64,000 nt of DNA, from contig CM102290.1 of assembly GCA_046563655.1 (NCBI GenBank), positions 6,200,001-6,264,000 on the forward strand, given 5' to 3'. Below are positions 45,888 through 59,597 of the stretch, in pieces (the stretch's first letter is position 1; the number at the start of each line of letters is the position of its first letter). The notes below the pieces were generated by a model that saw nothing but the letters and a program-made list of their open reading frames with translations, was not told where the DNA came from and made no database searches. The DNA comes from Yuukianura sp. NJ FZ-2021. Lineage: Eukaryota. Both the position numbers and the translations under genes were made by a program.

Positions 45888-48800
45888 GAAAAGTAACTCA
45901 TTTTCACCCGGCATTGCTACGCGTGGGAGTTTTTCGAATGATTTGTTTTGATATAAATTTTCATAAAATAAAGTCACGAGATGAGGGACGACACAGCAAG
46001 TGAAAGTGGGTTCCTGTAGCCCTTTTTATGAGGATTTCAAAAATATAGTGGACTTTTACCCAGCATCGTGCCGGAATGCATTTCTTTTGAATTCTTTGTT
46101 TTGAAACATAAACATTCATAAATAAAGGTAACAAGATGAGGGACGACACAGCAAGTGAAATTGGGTTCCTGTAGCACTTTTTATGAGGATTTCAAAAATG
46201 TAATTTACTTTCTGTTCATTCTCACATTTGCATGTTCATTCTCACAAATTTAAGTCGTTTTGCGTCAAAATGGTGCTCGACATTGCCCTGGGTGCCGTAT
46301 ACCAACCCAAGATAAAATCCGAGACAGAGCGGTTCATCCAGACTTTTAAGTACACGCTAACCGGATTTAATTGCGATATATCCACGATAATTAAACTTGG
46401 GTTCCTGTAGTACTTTTCAGGAGGATTTCAGAAAAGTAACTCATTTTCACACGGCATTGCTACGCGTGGGAGTTTTCGAATGATTTGTTTTGAAATAAAT
46501 TTTCATAAAATAAAGTCACGAGATGAGGGACGACACAGCAAGTGAAAGTGGGTTCCTGTAGCCCTTTTTATGAGGATTTCAAAAATATAGTGGACTTTTA
46601 CCCAGCATCGTGCCGGAATGCATTTCTTTTGAATTTTTTGTTTTGAAACATAAACATTTTCATAAATAAAGGTAACAAGATGAGGGACGACACAGCAAGT
46701 GAAATTGGGTTCCTGTAGCACTTTTTATGAGGATTTCAAAAATGTAATTTACTTTCTGTTCATTCTCACATTTGCATGTTCATTCTCACAAATTTAAGTC
46801 GTTTTGCGTCAAAATGGTGCTCGACATTGCCCTGGGTGCCGTATACCAACCCAAGATAAAATCCGAGACAGAGCGGTTCATCCAGACTTTTAAGTACACG
46901 CTAACCGGATTTAATTGCGATATATCCACGATAATTAAACTTGGGTTCCTGTAGTACTTTTCAGGAGGATTTCAGAAAAGTAACTCATTTTCACACGGCA
47001 TTGCTACGCGTGGGAGTTTTCGAATGATTTGTTTTGAAAGAAATTTTCATAAAATAAAGTCACGAGATGAGGGACGACACAGCAAGTGAAAGTGGGTTCC
47101 TGTAGGCCTTTTTATGAGGATTTCAAAAATATAGTGGACTTTTACCCAGCATCGTGCCGGAATGCATTTCTTTTGAATTCTTTGTTTTGAAACATAAATT
47201 TTCATAAATAAAGGTAACAAGATGAGGGACCACAGCAAGTGAAAGTGGGTTCCTGTAGCACTTTTTATGATGATTTCAAAAATGTAATTTACTTTCTGTT
47301 CATTCTCACATTTGCATGTTCATTCTCACAAATTTAAGTCGTTTTGCGTCAAAATGGTGCTCGACATTGCCCTGGGTGCCGTATACCAACCCAAGATAAA
47401 ATCCTAGACAGAGCGGTTCATCCAGACTTTTAAGTACACGCTAACCGGATTTAATTGCGATATATCCACGATAATTAAACTTGGGTTCCTGTAGTACTTT
47501 TCATGAGGATTTCAGAAAAGTAACTCATTTTCACGCGGCATCGCTACGCGTGGAAGTTTTTCGAATGATTTGTTTTGAAACAAATTTTCATAAAATAGAG
47601 TCACGAGATGAGGGACGACACAGCAAGTGAAAGTGGGTTCCTGTAGCCCTTTTTATGAGGATTTCAAAAATATAGTGGACTTTTACCCAGCATCGTGCCG
47701 GAATGCATTTCTTTTGAATTCTTTGTTTTGAAACATAATTTTTCATAAATAAAGGTAACAAGATGAGGGACGACGCAGCAAGTGAAAGTGGGTTCCTGTA
47801 GCACTTTTTATGATGATTTCAAAAATGTAATTTACTTTCTGTTCATTCTCACATTTGCATGTTCATTCTCACAAATTTAAGTCGTTTTGCGTCAAAATGG
47901 TGCTCGACATTGCCCTGGGTGCCGTATACCAACCCAAGATAAAATCCGAGACAGAGCGATTCATCCAGACTTTTAAGTACACGCTAACCGGATTTCATTG
48001 CGATATATCCACGATAATTAAACTTGGGTTCCTGTAGTACTTTTCAGGAGGATTTCAGAAAAGTAACTCATTTTCACACGGCATTGCTACGCGTGGGAGT
48101 TTTTCGAATGATTTGTTTTGAAATAAATTTTCATAAAATAAAGTCACGAGATGAGGGACGACACAGCAAGTGAAAATGGGTTCCTGTAGCCCTTTTTATG
48201 AGGATTTCAAAAATATAGTTGACTTTTAGCCAACATCGTTCCGGAATGCATTTCTTTTGAATTCTTTGTTTTGAAACATGAATTTTCATAAATAAAGGTA
48301 ACAAAATGAGGGACGACACAGCAAGTGAAAGTGGGTTCCTGTAGCACTTTTTATGATGATTTCAAAAATGTAATTTACTTTCTGTTCATTCTCACATTTG
48401 CATGTTCATTCTCACAAATTTAAGTCGTTTTGCGTCAAAATGGTGCTCGACATTGCCCTGGGTGCCGTATACCAACCCAAGATAAAATCCGAGACAGAGC
48501 GGTTCATCCAGACTTTTAAGTACACGCTAACCGGATTTAATTGCGATATATCCACGATAATTAAACTTGGGTTCCTGTAGTACTTTTCAGGAGGATTTCA
48601 GAAAAGTAACTCATTTTCACACGGCATTGCTACGCGTGGGAGTTTTCGAATGATTTGTTTTGAAATAAATTTTCATAAAATAAAGTCACGAGATGAGGGA
48701 CGACACAGCAAGTGAAAGTGGGTTCCTGTAGCCCTTTTTATGAGGATTTCAAAAATATAGTGGACTTTTACCCAGCATCGTGCCGGAATGCATTTCTTTT

Positions 48801-51800
48801 GAATTCTTTGTTTTGAAACATAATTTTTCATAAATAAAGGTAACAAGATGAGGGACGACACAGCAAGTGAAAGTGGGTTCCTGTAGCACTTTTTATGATG
48901 ATTTCAAAAATGTAATTTACTTTCTGTTCATTCTCACATTTGCATGTTCATTCTCACAAATTTAAGTCGTTTTGCGTCAAAATGGTGCTCGACATTGCCC
49001 TGGGTGCCGTATACCAACCCAAGATAAAATCCGAGACAGAGCGATTCATCCAGACTTTTAAGTACACGCTAACCGAATTTAATTGCGATATATCCACGAT
49101 AATTAAACTTGGGTTCCTGTAGTACTTTTCAGGAGGATTTCAGAAAAGTAACTCATTTTCACACGGCATTGCTACGCGTGGGAGTTTTCGAATGATTTGT
49201 TTTGAAATAAATTTTCATAAAATAAAGTCACGAGATGAGGGACGACACAGCAAGTGAAAGTGGGTTCCTGTAGCCCTTTTTATGAGGATTTCAAAAATAT
49301 AGTGGACTTTTACCCAGCATCGTGCCGGAATGCATTTCTTTTGAATTCTTTGTTTTGAAACATAAACATTCATAAATAAAGGTAACAAGATGAGGGACGA
49401 CACAGCAAGTGAAATTGGGTTCCTGTAGCACTTTTTATGAGGATTTCAAAAATGTAATTTACTTTCTGTTCATTCTCACATTTGCATGTTCATTCTCACA
49501 AATTTAAGTCGTTTTGCGTCAAAATGGTGCTCGACATTGCCCTGGGTGCCGTATACCAACCCAAGATAAAATCCGAGACAGAGCGGTTCATCCAGACTTT
49601 TAAGTACACGCTAACCGGATTTAATTGCGATATATCCACGATAATTAAACTTGGGTTCCTGTAGTACTTTTCAGGAGGATTTCAGAAAAGTAACTCATTT
49701 TCACACGGCATTGCTACGCGTGGGAGTTTTCGAATGATTTGTTTTGAAATAAATTTTCATAAAATAAAGTCACGAGATGAGGGACGACACAGCAAGTGAA
49801 AGTGGGTTCCTGTAGCCCTTTTTATGAGGATTTCAAAAATATAGTGGACTTTTACCCAGCATCGTGCCGGAATGCATTTCTTTTGAATTCTTTGTTTTGA
49901 AACATAATTTTTCATAAATAAAGGTAACAAGATGAGGGACGACGCAGCAAGTGAAAGTGGGTTCCTGTAGCACTTTTTATGATGATTTCAAAAATGTAAT
50001 TTACTTTCTGTTCATTCTCACATTTGCATGTTCATTCTCACAAATTTAAGTCGTTTTGCGTCAAAATGGTGCTCGACATTGCCCTGGGTGCCGTATACCA
50101 ACCCAAGATAAAATCCGAGACAGAGCGATTCATCCAGACTTTTAAGTACACGCTAACCGGATTTAATTGCGATATATCCACGATAATTAAACTTGGGTTC
50201 CTGTAGTACTTTTCAGGAGGATTTCAGAAAAGTAACTCATTTTCACCCGGCATTGCTACGCGTGGGAGTTTTTCGAATGATTTGTTTTGAAATAAATTTT
50301 CATAAAATAAAGTCACGAGATGAGGGACGACACAGCAAGTGAAAATGGGTTCCTGTAGCCCTTTTTATGAGGATTTCAAAAATATAGTTGACTTTTAGCC
50401 AACATCGTTCCGGAATGCATTTCTTTTGAATTCTTTGTTTTGAAACATGAATTTTCATAAATAAAGGTAACAAAATGAGGGACGACACAGCAAGTGAAAG
50501 TGGGTTCCTGTAGCACTTTTTATGAGGATTTCAAAAATGTAATTTACTTTCTGTTCATTCTCACATTTGCATGTTCATTCTCACAAATTTAAGTCGTTTT
50601 GCGTCAAAATGGTGCTCGACATTGCCCTGGGTGCCGTATACCAACCCAAGATAAAATCCGAGACAGAGCGGTTCATCCAGACCTTTAAGTACACGCTAAC
50701 CGGATTTAATTGCGATATATCCACGATAATTAAACTTGGGTTCCTGTAGTACTTTTCAGGAGGATTTCAGAAAAGTAACTCATTTTCACACGGCATTGCT
50801 ACGCGTGGGAGTTTTCGAATAATTTGTTTTGAAATAAATTTTCATAAAATAAAGTCACGAGATGAGGGACGACACAGCAAGTGAAAGTGGGTTCCTGTAG
50901 CCCTTTTTATGAGGATTTCAAAAATATAGTGGACTTTTACCCAGCATCGTGCCGGAATGCATTTCTTTTGAATTCTTTGTTTTGAAACATAATTTTTCAT
51001 AAATAAAGGTAACAAGATGAGGGACGACGCAGCAAGTGAAAGTGGGTTCCTGTAGCACTTTTTATGATGATTTCAAAAATGTAATTTACTTTCTGTTCAT
51101 TCTCACATTTGCATGTTCATTCTCACAAATTTAAGTCGTTTTGCGTCAAAATGGTGCTCGACATTGCCCTGGGTGCCGTATACCAACCCAAGATAAAATC
51201 CGAGACAGAGCGATTCATCCAGACTTTTAAGTACACGCTAACCGGATTTAATTGCGATATATCCACGATAATTAAACTTGGGTTCCTGTAGTACTTTTCA
51301 GGAGGATTTCAGAAAAGTAACTCATTTTCACACGGCATTGCTACGCGTGGGAGTTTTCGAATAATTTGTTTTGAAATAAATTTTCATAAAATAAAGTCAC
51401 GAGATGAGGGACGACACAGCAAGTGAAAGTGGGTTCCTGTAGCCCTTTTTATGAGGATTTCAAAAATATAGTGGACTTTTACCCAGCATCGTGCCGGAAT
51501 GCATTTCTTTTGAATTCTTTGTTTTGAAACATAATTTTTCATAAATAAAGGTAACAAGATGAGGGACGACGCAGCAAGTGAAAGTGGGTTCCTGTAGCAC
51601 TTTTTATGATGATTTCAAAAATGTAATTTACTTTCTGTTCATTCTCACATTTGCATGTTCATTCTCACAAATTTAAGTCGTTTTGCGTCAAAATGGTGCT
51701 CGACATTGCCCTGGGTGCCGTATACCAACCCAAGATAAAATCCGAGACAGAGCGATTCATCCAGACTTTTAAGTACACGCTAACCGGATTTAATTGCGAT

Positions 51801-52647
51801 ATATCCACGATAATTAAACTTGGGTTCCTGTAGTACTTTTCAGGAGGATTTCAGAAAAGTAACTCATTTTCACCCGGCATTGCTACGCGTGGGAGTTTTT
51901 CGAATGATTTGTTTTGAAATAAATTTTCATAAAATAAAGTCACGAGATGAGGGACGACACAGCAAGTGAAAGTGGGTTCCTGTAGCCCTTTTTATGAGGA
52001 TTTCAAAAATATAGTGGACTTTTACCCAGCATCGTGCCGGAATGCATTTCTTTTGAATTCTTTGTTTTGAAACATAATTTTTCATAAATAAAGGTAACAA
52101 GATGAGGGACGACGCAGCAAGTGAAAGTGGGTTCCTGTAGCACTTTTTATGATGATTTCAAAAATGTAATTTACTTTCTGTTCATTCTCACATTTGCATG
52201 TTCATTCTCACAAATTTAAGTCGTTTTGCGTCAAAATGGTGCTCGACATTGCCCTGGGTGCCGTATACCAACCCAAGATAAAATCCGAGACAGAGCGATT
52301 CATCCAGACTTTTAAGTACACGCTAACCGGATTTAATTGCGATATATCCACGATAATTAAACTTGGGTTCCTGTAGTACTTTTCAGGAGGATTTCAGAAA
52401 AGTAACTCATTTTCACCCGGCATTGCTACGCGTGGGAGTTTTTCGAATGATTTGTTTTGAAATAAATTTTCATAAAATAAAGTCACGAGATGAGGGACGA
52501 CACAGCAAGTGAAAATGGGTTCCTGTAGCCCTTTTTAAGAGGATTTCAAAAATATAGTTGACTTTTAGCCAACATCGTTCCGGAATGCATTTCTTTTGAA
52601 TTCTTTGTTTTGAAACATGAATTTTCATAAATAAAGGTAACAAGATG
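45888..52647. repeat. Satellite array, block 3 (~12.5 monomers)
   Basis: Resumes in exact phase after the TSD; ends at CAAGATG, which joins the BEL/Pao sequence. Confidence 0.98.
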
Positions 52648-54270
52648 GATCTCTTCGTGTCGGTGGACGGCTCCACCTGGCATCGCTCCCAGAAGCTGCC
52701 AAACACCCTCTGATCATTCACGGAAAGTCTTCAGTCACTAAACTACTTGTCCAGCATTACCACCACAAGCATCATCATGCTGGGAATCGTCTTCTGCTCT
52801 CACTTCTACGCCAAGATTATTGGATTGTCCACGCACGAGATTTGATCAAATCTGTCATCTCTCGCTGCCTCAGATGTAAGCTGTTGAGACAAAAGACGGC
52901 AACACAACTCATGGGTACACTGCCTCAACCAAGAGTCACGATGTCACCTACGTTTCATCACACTGGTTTGGACTACGCTGGTCCATTTACACTCCAATCT
53001 GTCAAAGGACGAGGCCAAAAACAATTCAAGGGCTACTTCTGCATCTTCATCTGTCTCTCTACGGAAGCCGTTCACGTGGAGTTCGGAACCGAACTGTCGA
53101 CCGAATCCTTCCTCGGCAGTTTCAAACAGTTTGTATCACGTCGGGGTAACCCACTACATTTGTATTCTGATTGTGGTGCAAATTTTGTAGGTGCTAATAA
53201 CGAGTTGATGGATTTGGTGAGCTCTCACCAGTTCAACTCGGAAGTTTCTTCTTACTTTGCAGAATCACAGACACATTGGCATTTCAATCCTCCGTCTGCT
53301 CCTCATCATGGTGGAATCTGGGAGGCAGCAGTACGTTCTGTCAAATTTCATTTGAAGAGGATCATTGGGACCACCACTTCAACGCTTGAGGAATTTGCAA
53401 CAGTTCTTTGCCAAGCGGAGGCAGCGCTGAACTCCCGACCTCTTCTACCGATGTCCAGTGACACGTCCGATTTAGGTGTGATCACACCGGGCCACTTCCT
53501 CGTCGGCAGACCTCTCCTCGCCGCTCTTCAACCAGATCATGCTGATGTCAAGGTCAATCGCCTCTCACGTTGGCTGTTGCAGGAGAAGCTATTCCAAACG
53601 TTCTGGAAGGTCTGGTCACTCGAATACCTCACATCCCTTCAACAACGAGTAAAGTGGACCAAGAAAACCAACAACTTGACAATCGGAGATCTCGTGGCCA
53701 TCAAAGATGACAATTTACCCCCTCTAAAGTGGAAACTGGCTCGCGTCATCAACGTTCATCCTGGTCCAGACGGACTAGTCAGAGTCGTCACTCTTCGTAC
53801 GGCCCTCGGAGAACTCCAACGCCCTGTAGCGTCTCGGACCGCTACTATCCCCAAAATATGACCGCAGCCCCACCATCAGACTCTCATCTCTGAGTCCGCA
53901 GACTCTGACAACTCACCAAAAGACCAAAAACTCACCAAAACACTGACAACAACGATCAGTGAATAAATGTATGAAAATATATTTATTCACTGGAATAAAT
54001 AAAGAACTGAAAAACACTGATGACTACATCATATAATACAACTGATCCTCCTCCTCCTCTAACAACCAAAACCAGACTGCCTAAAACTACATACTAAATC
54101 CTAAACTCCTCGCTCCTCGCCTCAACCCAAATCTACCGCGAGCCACATCATCATCTCAACCTGCCCCTAACATAACACTACACTAACGCTACGGACGAGC
54201 AGGCGTCTCAGCCCAATTGTCAAAGTGGTTCCACTTTTAACCAACGACGAGTTAGTAGGTAGCACGTAAT
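52644..54270 (+). pseudogene. pol: BEL/Pao retrotransposon pol remnant (integrase), 5'-truncated, split by a solo LTR
   Basis: DGSLRVGGRL, HHAG..YW..CLRC, GLDYAGP, SDCGANF, GGIWEAAVRSVK, TPGHFLVG, HPGPDGLVRVV. Removing 53825-54214 restores QRPIVKVVPLL. Confidence 0.9.
53825..54210. mobile_element. Solo LTR (386 bp)
   Basis: TG...CA bounded by 4-bp TSD GCCC (53821-53824 / 54211-54214) and interrupting the Pao ORF; contains AATAAA and a 12-bp-arm palindrome at 53957-53992. Confidence 0.82.
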
Positions 54271-54530
54271 GACCCGTAGTCAAAAATACGTCCTTGAACG
54301 ATCGTAAAACGGTCGTAAAAAACTTCAGTCAAAACATGATCATGTTTTGAACTTGTCAGTGCATGTGTACTGAATGAGTGCGGGGTGGTGTGGGAAGAAA
54401 GACATAAAATTAAATTTTATGTCTTCTTCTTCCAGTTGAGACATAAATTTGACAAAGTGTTAATTTGACAAAAAGTAAGACAAAGTTCACGATGCCATTG
54501 TTTTGGATGCGTGATTTTCACAAAGCAAGA

Positions 54531-54587
54531 CCCGAGTTGTCTTGCTTATCCCGAGTTGTCTTGCTTATCCCGAGTTGTCTTGCTTAT
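54531..54587. repeat. 3 x 19-bp tandem repeat CCCGAGTTGTCTTGCTTAT
   Basis: Three perfect copies; partial inverted copies nearby (~54523, ~54666). Confidence 0.9.
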
Positions 54588-55014
54588 CAACTTTGTATTA
54601 GCGTTTTTCCCGATGTGTTTTTCCTAATACCTAGAGTCACCTTCTCTAGCCGAATGGAAAGATAGTAAGACAACTCACAACGCGAAGTAGTGTAAGGCCC
54701 TGTGAGGGGGGACTACCTCTCGTACCCATTCAAAAAAAAAAAAAAAGTTTTTTGGAGAAATTAAAATTGATTTTATGTTTCTCCTGTGTTTCTGAAAAAA
54801 AAAACTTGACAACTTGAGCAGCGTCCTACAAAAGTTGAAAAATACAAAGTTTCAATTTTTGCTGCTACAAAAAAAATCTAAAATTTGATATGTTTGAAAA
54901 TGAAGCGGAACAAATGTGGTGCCTTAACAAATGGACACTTTTTAGTTACTCTTGTCCTCTTTCTGAACAAAAAGGGACTTAGTTAACTTTTGAAGAAGAG
55001 TGAAAGTGCACGAA

Positions 55015-56354
55015 ATGTCTGCTATTTGTCCAATTTGTTTGGAAAAGCTGAAGTTAGAGAATGAAAAAATTTGGACAATCGTTTGTGGACATACTTTCCA
55101 CAAGTAAGTACCCAATTTGTTCTAAATTTTTGTTAAGTTAAATTTTCCATAAAAAAATTTTTTTTGGGCTTAGTAACTTGTTAATTTGAAGGTATGATTT
55201 TTTTTTGTAGAAAGTGTCTCTTACGTGTGTGCATAAACCACGTAAGCAAAGAAATTGAAAGACGGAAAACGGAATCTAGACAGAATGGCACACGCTACGT
55301 CAAACTGACGAAGTATTAGTAAGTTTGTATTTTAGTTGCGACTTTAGGAATTTTGTTTTTTTTTAACTTATATTTGCATTTGGTTAATTTATATTTTGGT
55401 TTTTTAGTCCTCAATGTGCCGCTTGCAAGGATGAGCATACACTGTTTAAACCAAAGTGCAGAAATAAGGATGGCTTTTTTTTGGCGGGAATTCGGACTTA
55501 TATTTTGGAGGAAGAAAATAATGACACGTAAGGTTATAAGAAAGCAAAGTACCAAATAAATGTTGATGTTTTGTGTGTTGTAATTTGTTTTAGTATCAAC
55601 TCTGTTAGTTCTGTTGAACCTGTCAAATCTGGAAAGAGTGAAAGTTGTGGTACCCAAACCACGCCAACACGTTTGGAAGAACCTACGCAAAGATCTAGGT
55701 ATGAAGAAGTATTTTTTTTTTAAACTTTTGGTAAATTTTGTAGTAATAATATTTTTTTTTGTTAGAAGAATGCAGACAGACATGGAGCAAGAAATTGAGC
55801 AGCTCCAAATACATTTAACTTTAGCTCAACAACGTGCAAGTGATGCTGAAGAAACACTTGCTTCTGCTCTTCGTGAGATGGAGAATCATGAGCAGAAAAG
55901 GCGGAAAGTTTGTTCCATGCAATCGCTTCCAGTTGACCCACCCCGTGCGGTCACCCCTGAACCGGATGGGGAAGTTCCTGGACCATCAAGTGGTATAAGG
56001 AGACCGTTGAGATGGAGTGGCGGCTGGGATGGAACATGGATTCCTACGAATGATGCAGAGAGAGACAACAATTATGTAAACCGTGGATCTGTTGGTGGTT
56101 CGGAGAAAGTTCCGTTTGTGCCAAAGTTTGGGAAACCAGTGGAAACTTCCAACTCTGGAGAAACGTGGGTCAAGCGGACTCCACAAACTGAAGCGGCCAT
56201 TAATGACATGTTTCTTCGTCGTCGTATCAAAATTACCCTGGACAAGTTAATTCTTGGAAAAACAGAAAAGAAGCCCACGGAAAATGTGGATGATGCAAAA
56301 GAAGAAGAAGAAACAGATTCAGATGGGACAGTCTGTATTTCAGATTCCGACTAA
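55015..56354 (+). CDS. RING-H2 finger / coiled-coil protein, 5 exons (55015-55103, 55211-55318, 55408-55527, 55594-55698, 55766-56354; ~336 aa)
   Basis: GT-AG splicing assembles CPIC...CGHTFHKKC...PQCAAC in frame into the 55614-56354 ORF. Confidence 0.78.
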
Positions 56355-57181
56355 AAAAAAAACTTTTTCAACTTCAAAAAAAAATAAGCTGTTAAAGTAG
56401 GTTTTGTTTTTTTTGCAGGATTCCGAATATGTGTTCAGTTTATGTTCAATTTGTGTTCAGTTTGTGTTCAAAAAGTACTACTTAAAACAAGGTTTTACAA
56501 CTTTTGTAAATATGTGCTAGTTAAAAAAAATGCTTGTTCAACAATTTACTCTTAAAATTTTAAAAACATGTTTATGCTCTTGTCAAAATACATTGTCATA
56601 AAATTTGGTTGAAATGTTGTAAAAATGTTTGAGCTTGACGTTTTGTTAAAATTAATAGCTTAATTATTTTCTGCTACTCCACATGAGTAGAGTTACTGCG
56701 CAAAGGTGAAAAGGTTGACTTTGAGCAATAATCTACTCCTCTTTTGTGTTGTGATGTTTAGGCGTGTGTTCAATTCCTGACGAGGGCAGCAATTTTTTTA
56801 CGTTTTACGAATTTTGTTATATTTTTACGAGTCGGAGGGACGAGTCGTTAAGTTGGTTGAGTGTGACTAATTGTTTCAGGTTTTCTGTTGCCATGTACGA
56901 GTCGTAAAAAATGAGTTTGGATGTGACCGAATGTCTCACCTTCAATGTGGAAATTTTGTAGTTTACTACTACTACGAAGATGCTTATGATGATGATGATG
57001 TTGCGTTGAATGCAAGAGTGACTAAACTACCCTTGTGTGGTTTTGAATCTTCCCTCCACAAAACTTGTTTACTCTTCAGTTCAGTTTTTGAACCAAACTG
57101 TTGAAGAAAACACATTTCGAGTAGAACGTGAAGTTACCAAAAGCTGAAGTAAAACTTTATCTCTGTTTTTTTGGCGCTACA

Positions 57182-58774
57182 ATGGAATACGTGGCGACCC
57201 TGCATTGTTTACCACCAGAGGTAAGTAAAATTTGCCAAAAACTTTTTCTTTTGCAATACTTTACGAGTTAGATTGTTTATAACAAGTTTGGAATTTGGTT
57301 TTAGGTGTTGGGAGTGATTGTTGGGTTTTTGGATAACCGAGGTTTGACAGCTGCTAGAAGTACTAGTAAACAGCTGAAGGAAGTTGTGGATGCATTTGGA
57401 GAGTACGACATGACAATTTCTGAAGACAATGTTGATGGTTATAGTGCACCGTACCTACAACTAAGAAAAGCTCACGTGCATTTGAAATATTTTGATAAGG
57501 ATTCGGAAGTGGATTCCGTTCTCAATTTGCCGCATTGGGACAAGGTGCAGGGACTTACTTTTGAACTTGTGCGTAGTTATAAACTCATTCGTGAGTTACT
57601 GATCAAGTGCAAACAAGTGTCCGGAATAAAATTCAAAGTGCTTATATCCCGTGAGGATGAGGAACTTTTTGATGAAGACAAGTACTCGTATGAAAATTTG
57701 TTCTCTCAATTTAAGCACTTGAGCCGTTTATACCTGTTTTGTTTGGAGAATGATACCAGCAGGTCATTGCTGTCAACCGTAACACTTTCCCCATTGAAGT
57801 TTGAAAAATTACGTGACTTTGCATTTGGGATCCGGTTTGAAAATATTTATTTTTTGGGGAAGCTTGTCGAGTTTTTGAATAAACATTCAACTACTCTGGA
57901 AGAACTGGACATTGAGTGCCATGGGGTGAAATCGTTTGTTGTCCATGAAGTTGCAGAATTTGTTGGAAATGTTAAACTGAATGAATTTCCAAAACTGAAA
58001 GTGTTGAATATCAAGTGCTTTCCTACATTTTGTCATTGGAATTGTGCTCTTCATAAATTGTGGAAGCGGTTTCTAGTTATCCCAAAATACTTTGAGGAAC
58101 TCGACTATCAGCTTGATTACATTGCTTTGGAAGAAATTCCACAACTTTTAAAAAATAGCTTTACAACAATTTCAAAGCTATGTTTTAGTCACGTAGACAA
58201 GTCATTGGGTGTGGAAGCGAGTATGGACTGGCTTAAGAAGTGTGTCAATCTAACTCAGCTGGCACTTGGATTTGGTTCAAACAGTCGACATACCTTTGTT
58301 CCTGGACATGGCCCTGTGAATCCTTACTTTACGGAGGATTTGACATTTGAGTTTCCACAAACGTTGAAGAGGTTGGAACTGCGAAAGTGTAATGTGAGGC
58401 GTGACAAACTTGTGTCCATGTTATCATCTCTACCAAATTTGGAATTTGTTTCGTTGACAGATCTTGGGGAGTATACAGATTTTGTGAATGGGGTTAACGA
58501 GAAAGTGCTCCTGCAGCTCTTGAAGATGTGTCCAGCTTTGACTCAACTAATTATTCGCGGAATTTCAAGGAACCCTATGGCACGAAAAGATGAGGAAGAA
58601 GAAATGTGGATTGAAATTGTTCAACTTGGATATAAGCTGCAAATGTGCGACACTCCTTTTTTGTTGCTTCCCTCATTGCATTTGACATTGACAATGAAAA
58701 ATTTGGAAAATTCGGTCAAAGTTCATCATAGGTTTAGAAGAAGACATTATTCCGCGTTACGCATCCAAAATTGA
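57182..58774 (+). CDS. F-box/LRR protein, 2 exons (57182-57220, 57305-58774)
   Basis: Splicing gives LHCLPPEVLGVIVGFLD...RSTSKQL (F-box), followed by LxxLxL repeats. Confidence 0.82.
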
Positions 58775-59012
58775 AAAAAGTCTTGAAAAAAAACCCTACA
58801 CAGGATCACCACCGCCGTCGCCCGGTCCCAGTCGGTTCCTGACGATGGGTTATGACAGAACGTGAGTTGGGGGAAAAAAAAGTTGGTATGTGTTTTTATT
58901 TTCTTTGAGTCTGTGTGAGGTTAGTTGTAATTTGACTGTTTGTTGAGTAAGTTGTCTTCTTGTTTTCTATTGAAACAGTAACGTCAAAAAAAAAACCAGA
59001 ACAATTGTCATC

Positions 59013-59597
59013 ATGGCCTCAAAGAAAAATTTTACAAGTGAGCAAGAAAAGATGCGACTGAGGTGTTGGTACTCTGCGGATCAAATTGGTTGGACCAAGA
59101 CTGTCACGTTCAAAAGAGCTGGTTGGCGTTCAGACATTTTAATGACGGACGTTCCGTACATTGTTGAAAATCTTAGCAAGTGCTACATAATCAGCGGAAG
59201 TAATCCCAAAAAATTGCCAAATTTTAAACATGTGGTTGGCGCAGCAAACGGGGAATATTTGGCCAGGCAGCGGGATATCAAATTTTCGGGAGAGATGGCT
59301 CGATGTCGGATGGAAAGGAGGTTGGACGACATGAAGGCAGATCATTGGAACACGGAAAAGTGGGGTGAAGTGGAATTTGGGTACGGACGAGATGATGAAG
59401 AAGATTGGTACGACAAGGACAGGCGCATAAATGTGTCGGCAGCTGAGGATGAGGTGAGTTCATACCACCGTGAAATTGACAAAAATGGAAAACATCACGC
59501 ACCGGAAGGAGAAGAAGAAGAAGAAGAAGAAGAAGAAGCAAAGGAACAACTTTACGACCGCGAACCCTCGGCGCCCCCAGAAACGATTGACTGCTAA
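59013..59597 (+). CDS. Hypothetical protein, acidic C-terminus
   Basis: 194-aa ATG ORF; N-terminal half resembles the 59984-60462 product. Confidence 0.6.
   Translation: MASKKNFTSEQEKMRLRCWYSADQIGWTKTVTFKRAGWRSDILMTDVPYIVENLSKCYIISGSNPKKLPNFKHVVGAANGEYLARQRDIKFSGEMARCRMERRLDDMKADHWNTEKWGEVEFGYGRDDEEDWYDKDRRINVSAAEDEVSSYHREIDKNGKHHAPEGEEEEEEEEEAKEQLYDREPSAPPETIDC

Noticed and set aside
45794..46003. ORF spanning the 3' LTR/satellite junction
   Set aside because: Chance fusion of LTR and satellite sequence.
53..52721. Dozens of repeated 60-87-aa ORFs (MSSLILL..., MHVHSHK...)
   Set aside because: By-products of the satellite monomer: non-ATG starts, and stops and indels vary freely between copies. 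Not genes, apart from the fossil integrase similarity noted above.
55316..55783. ORFs 55316-55783(-), 55353-55559(+) and the 5' part of 55614-56354
   Set aside because: They overlap T-rich introns of the spliced RING gene.
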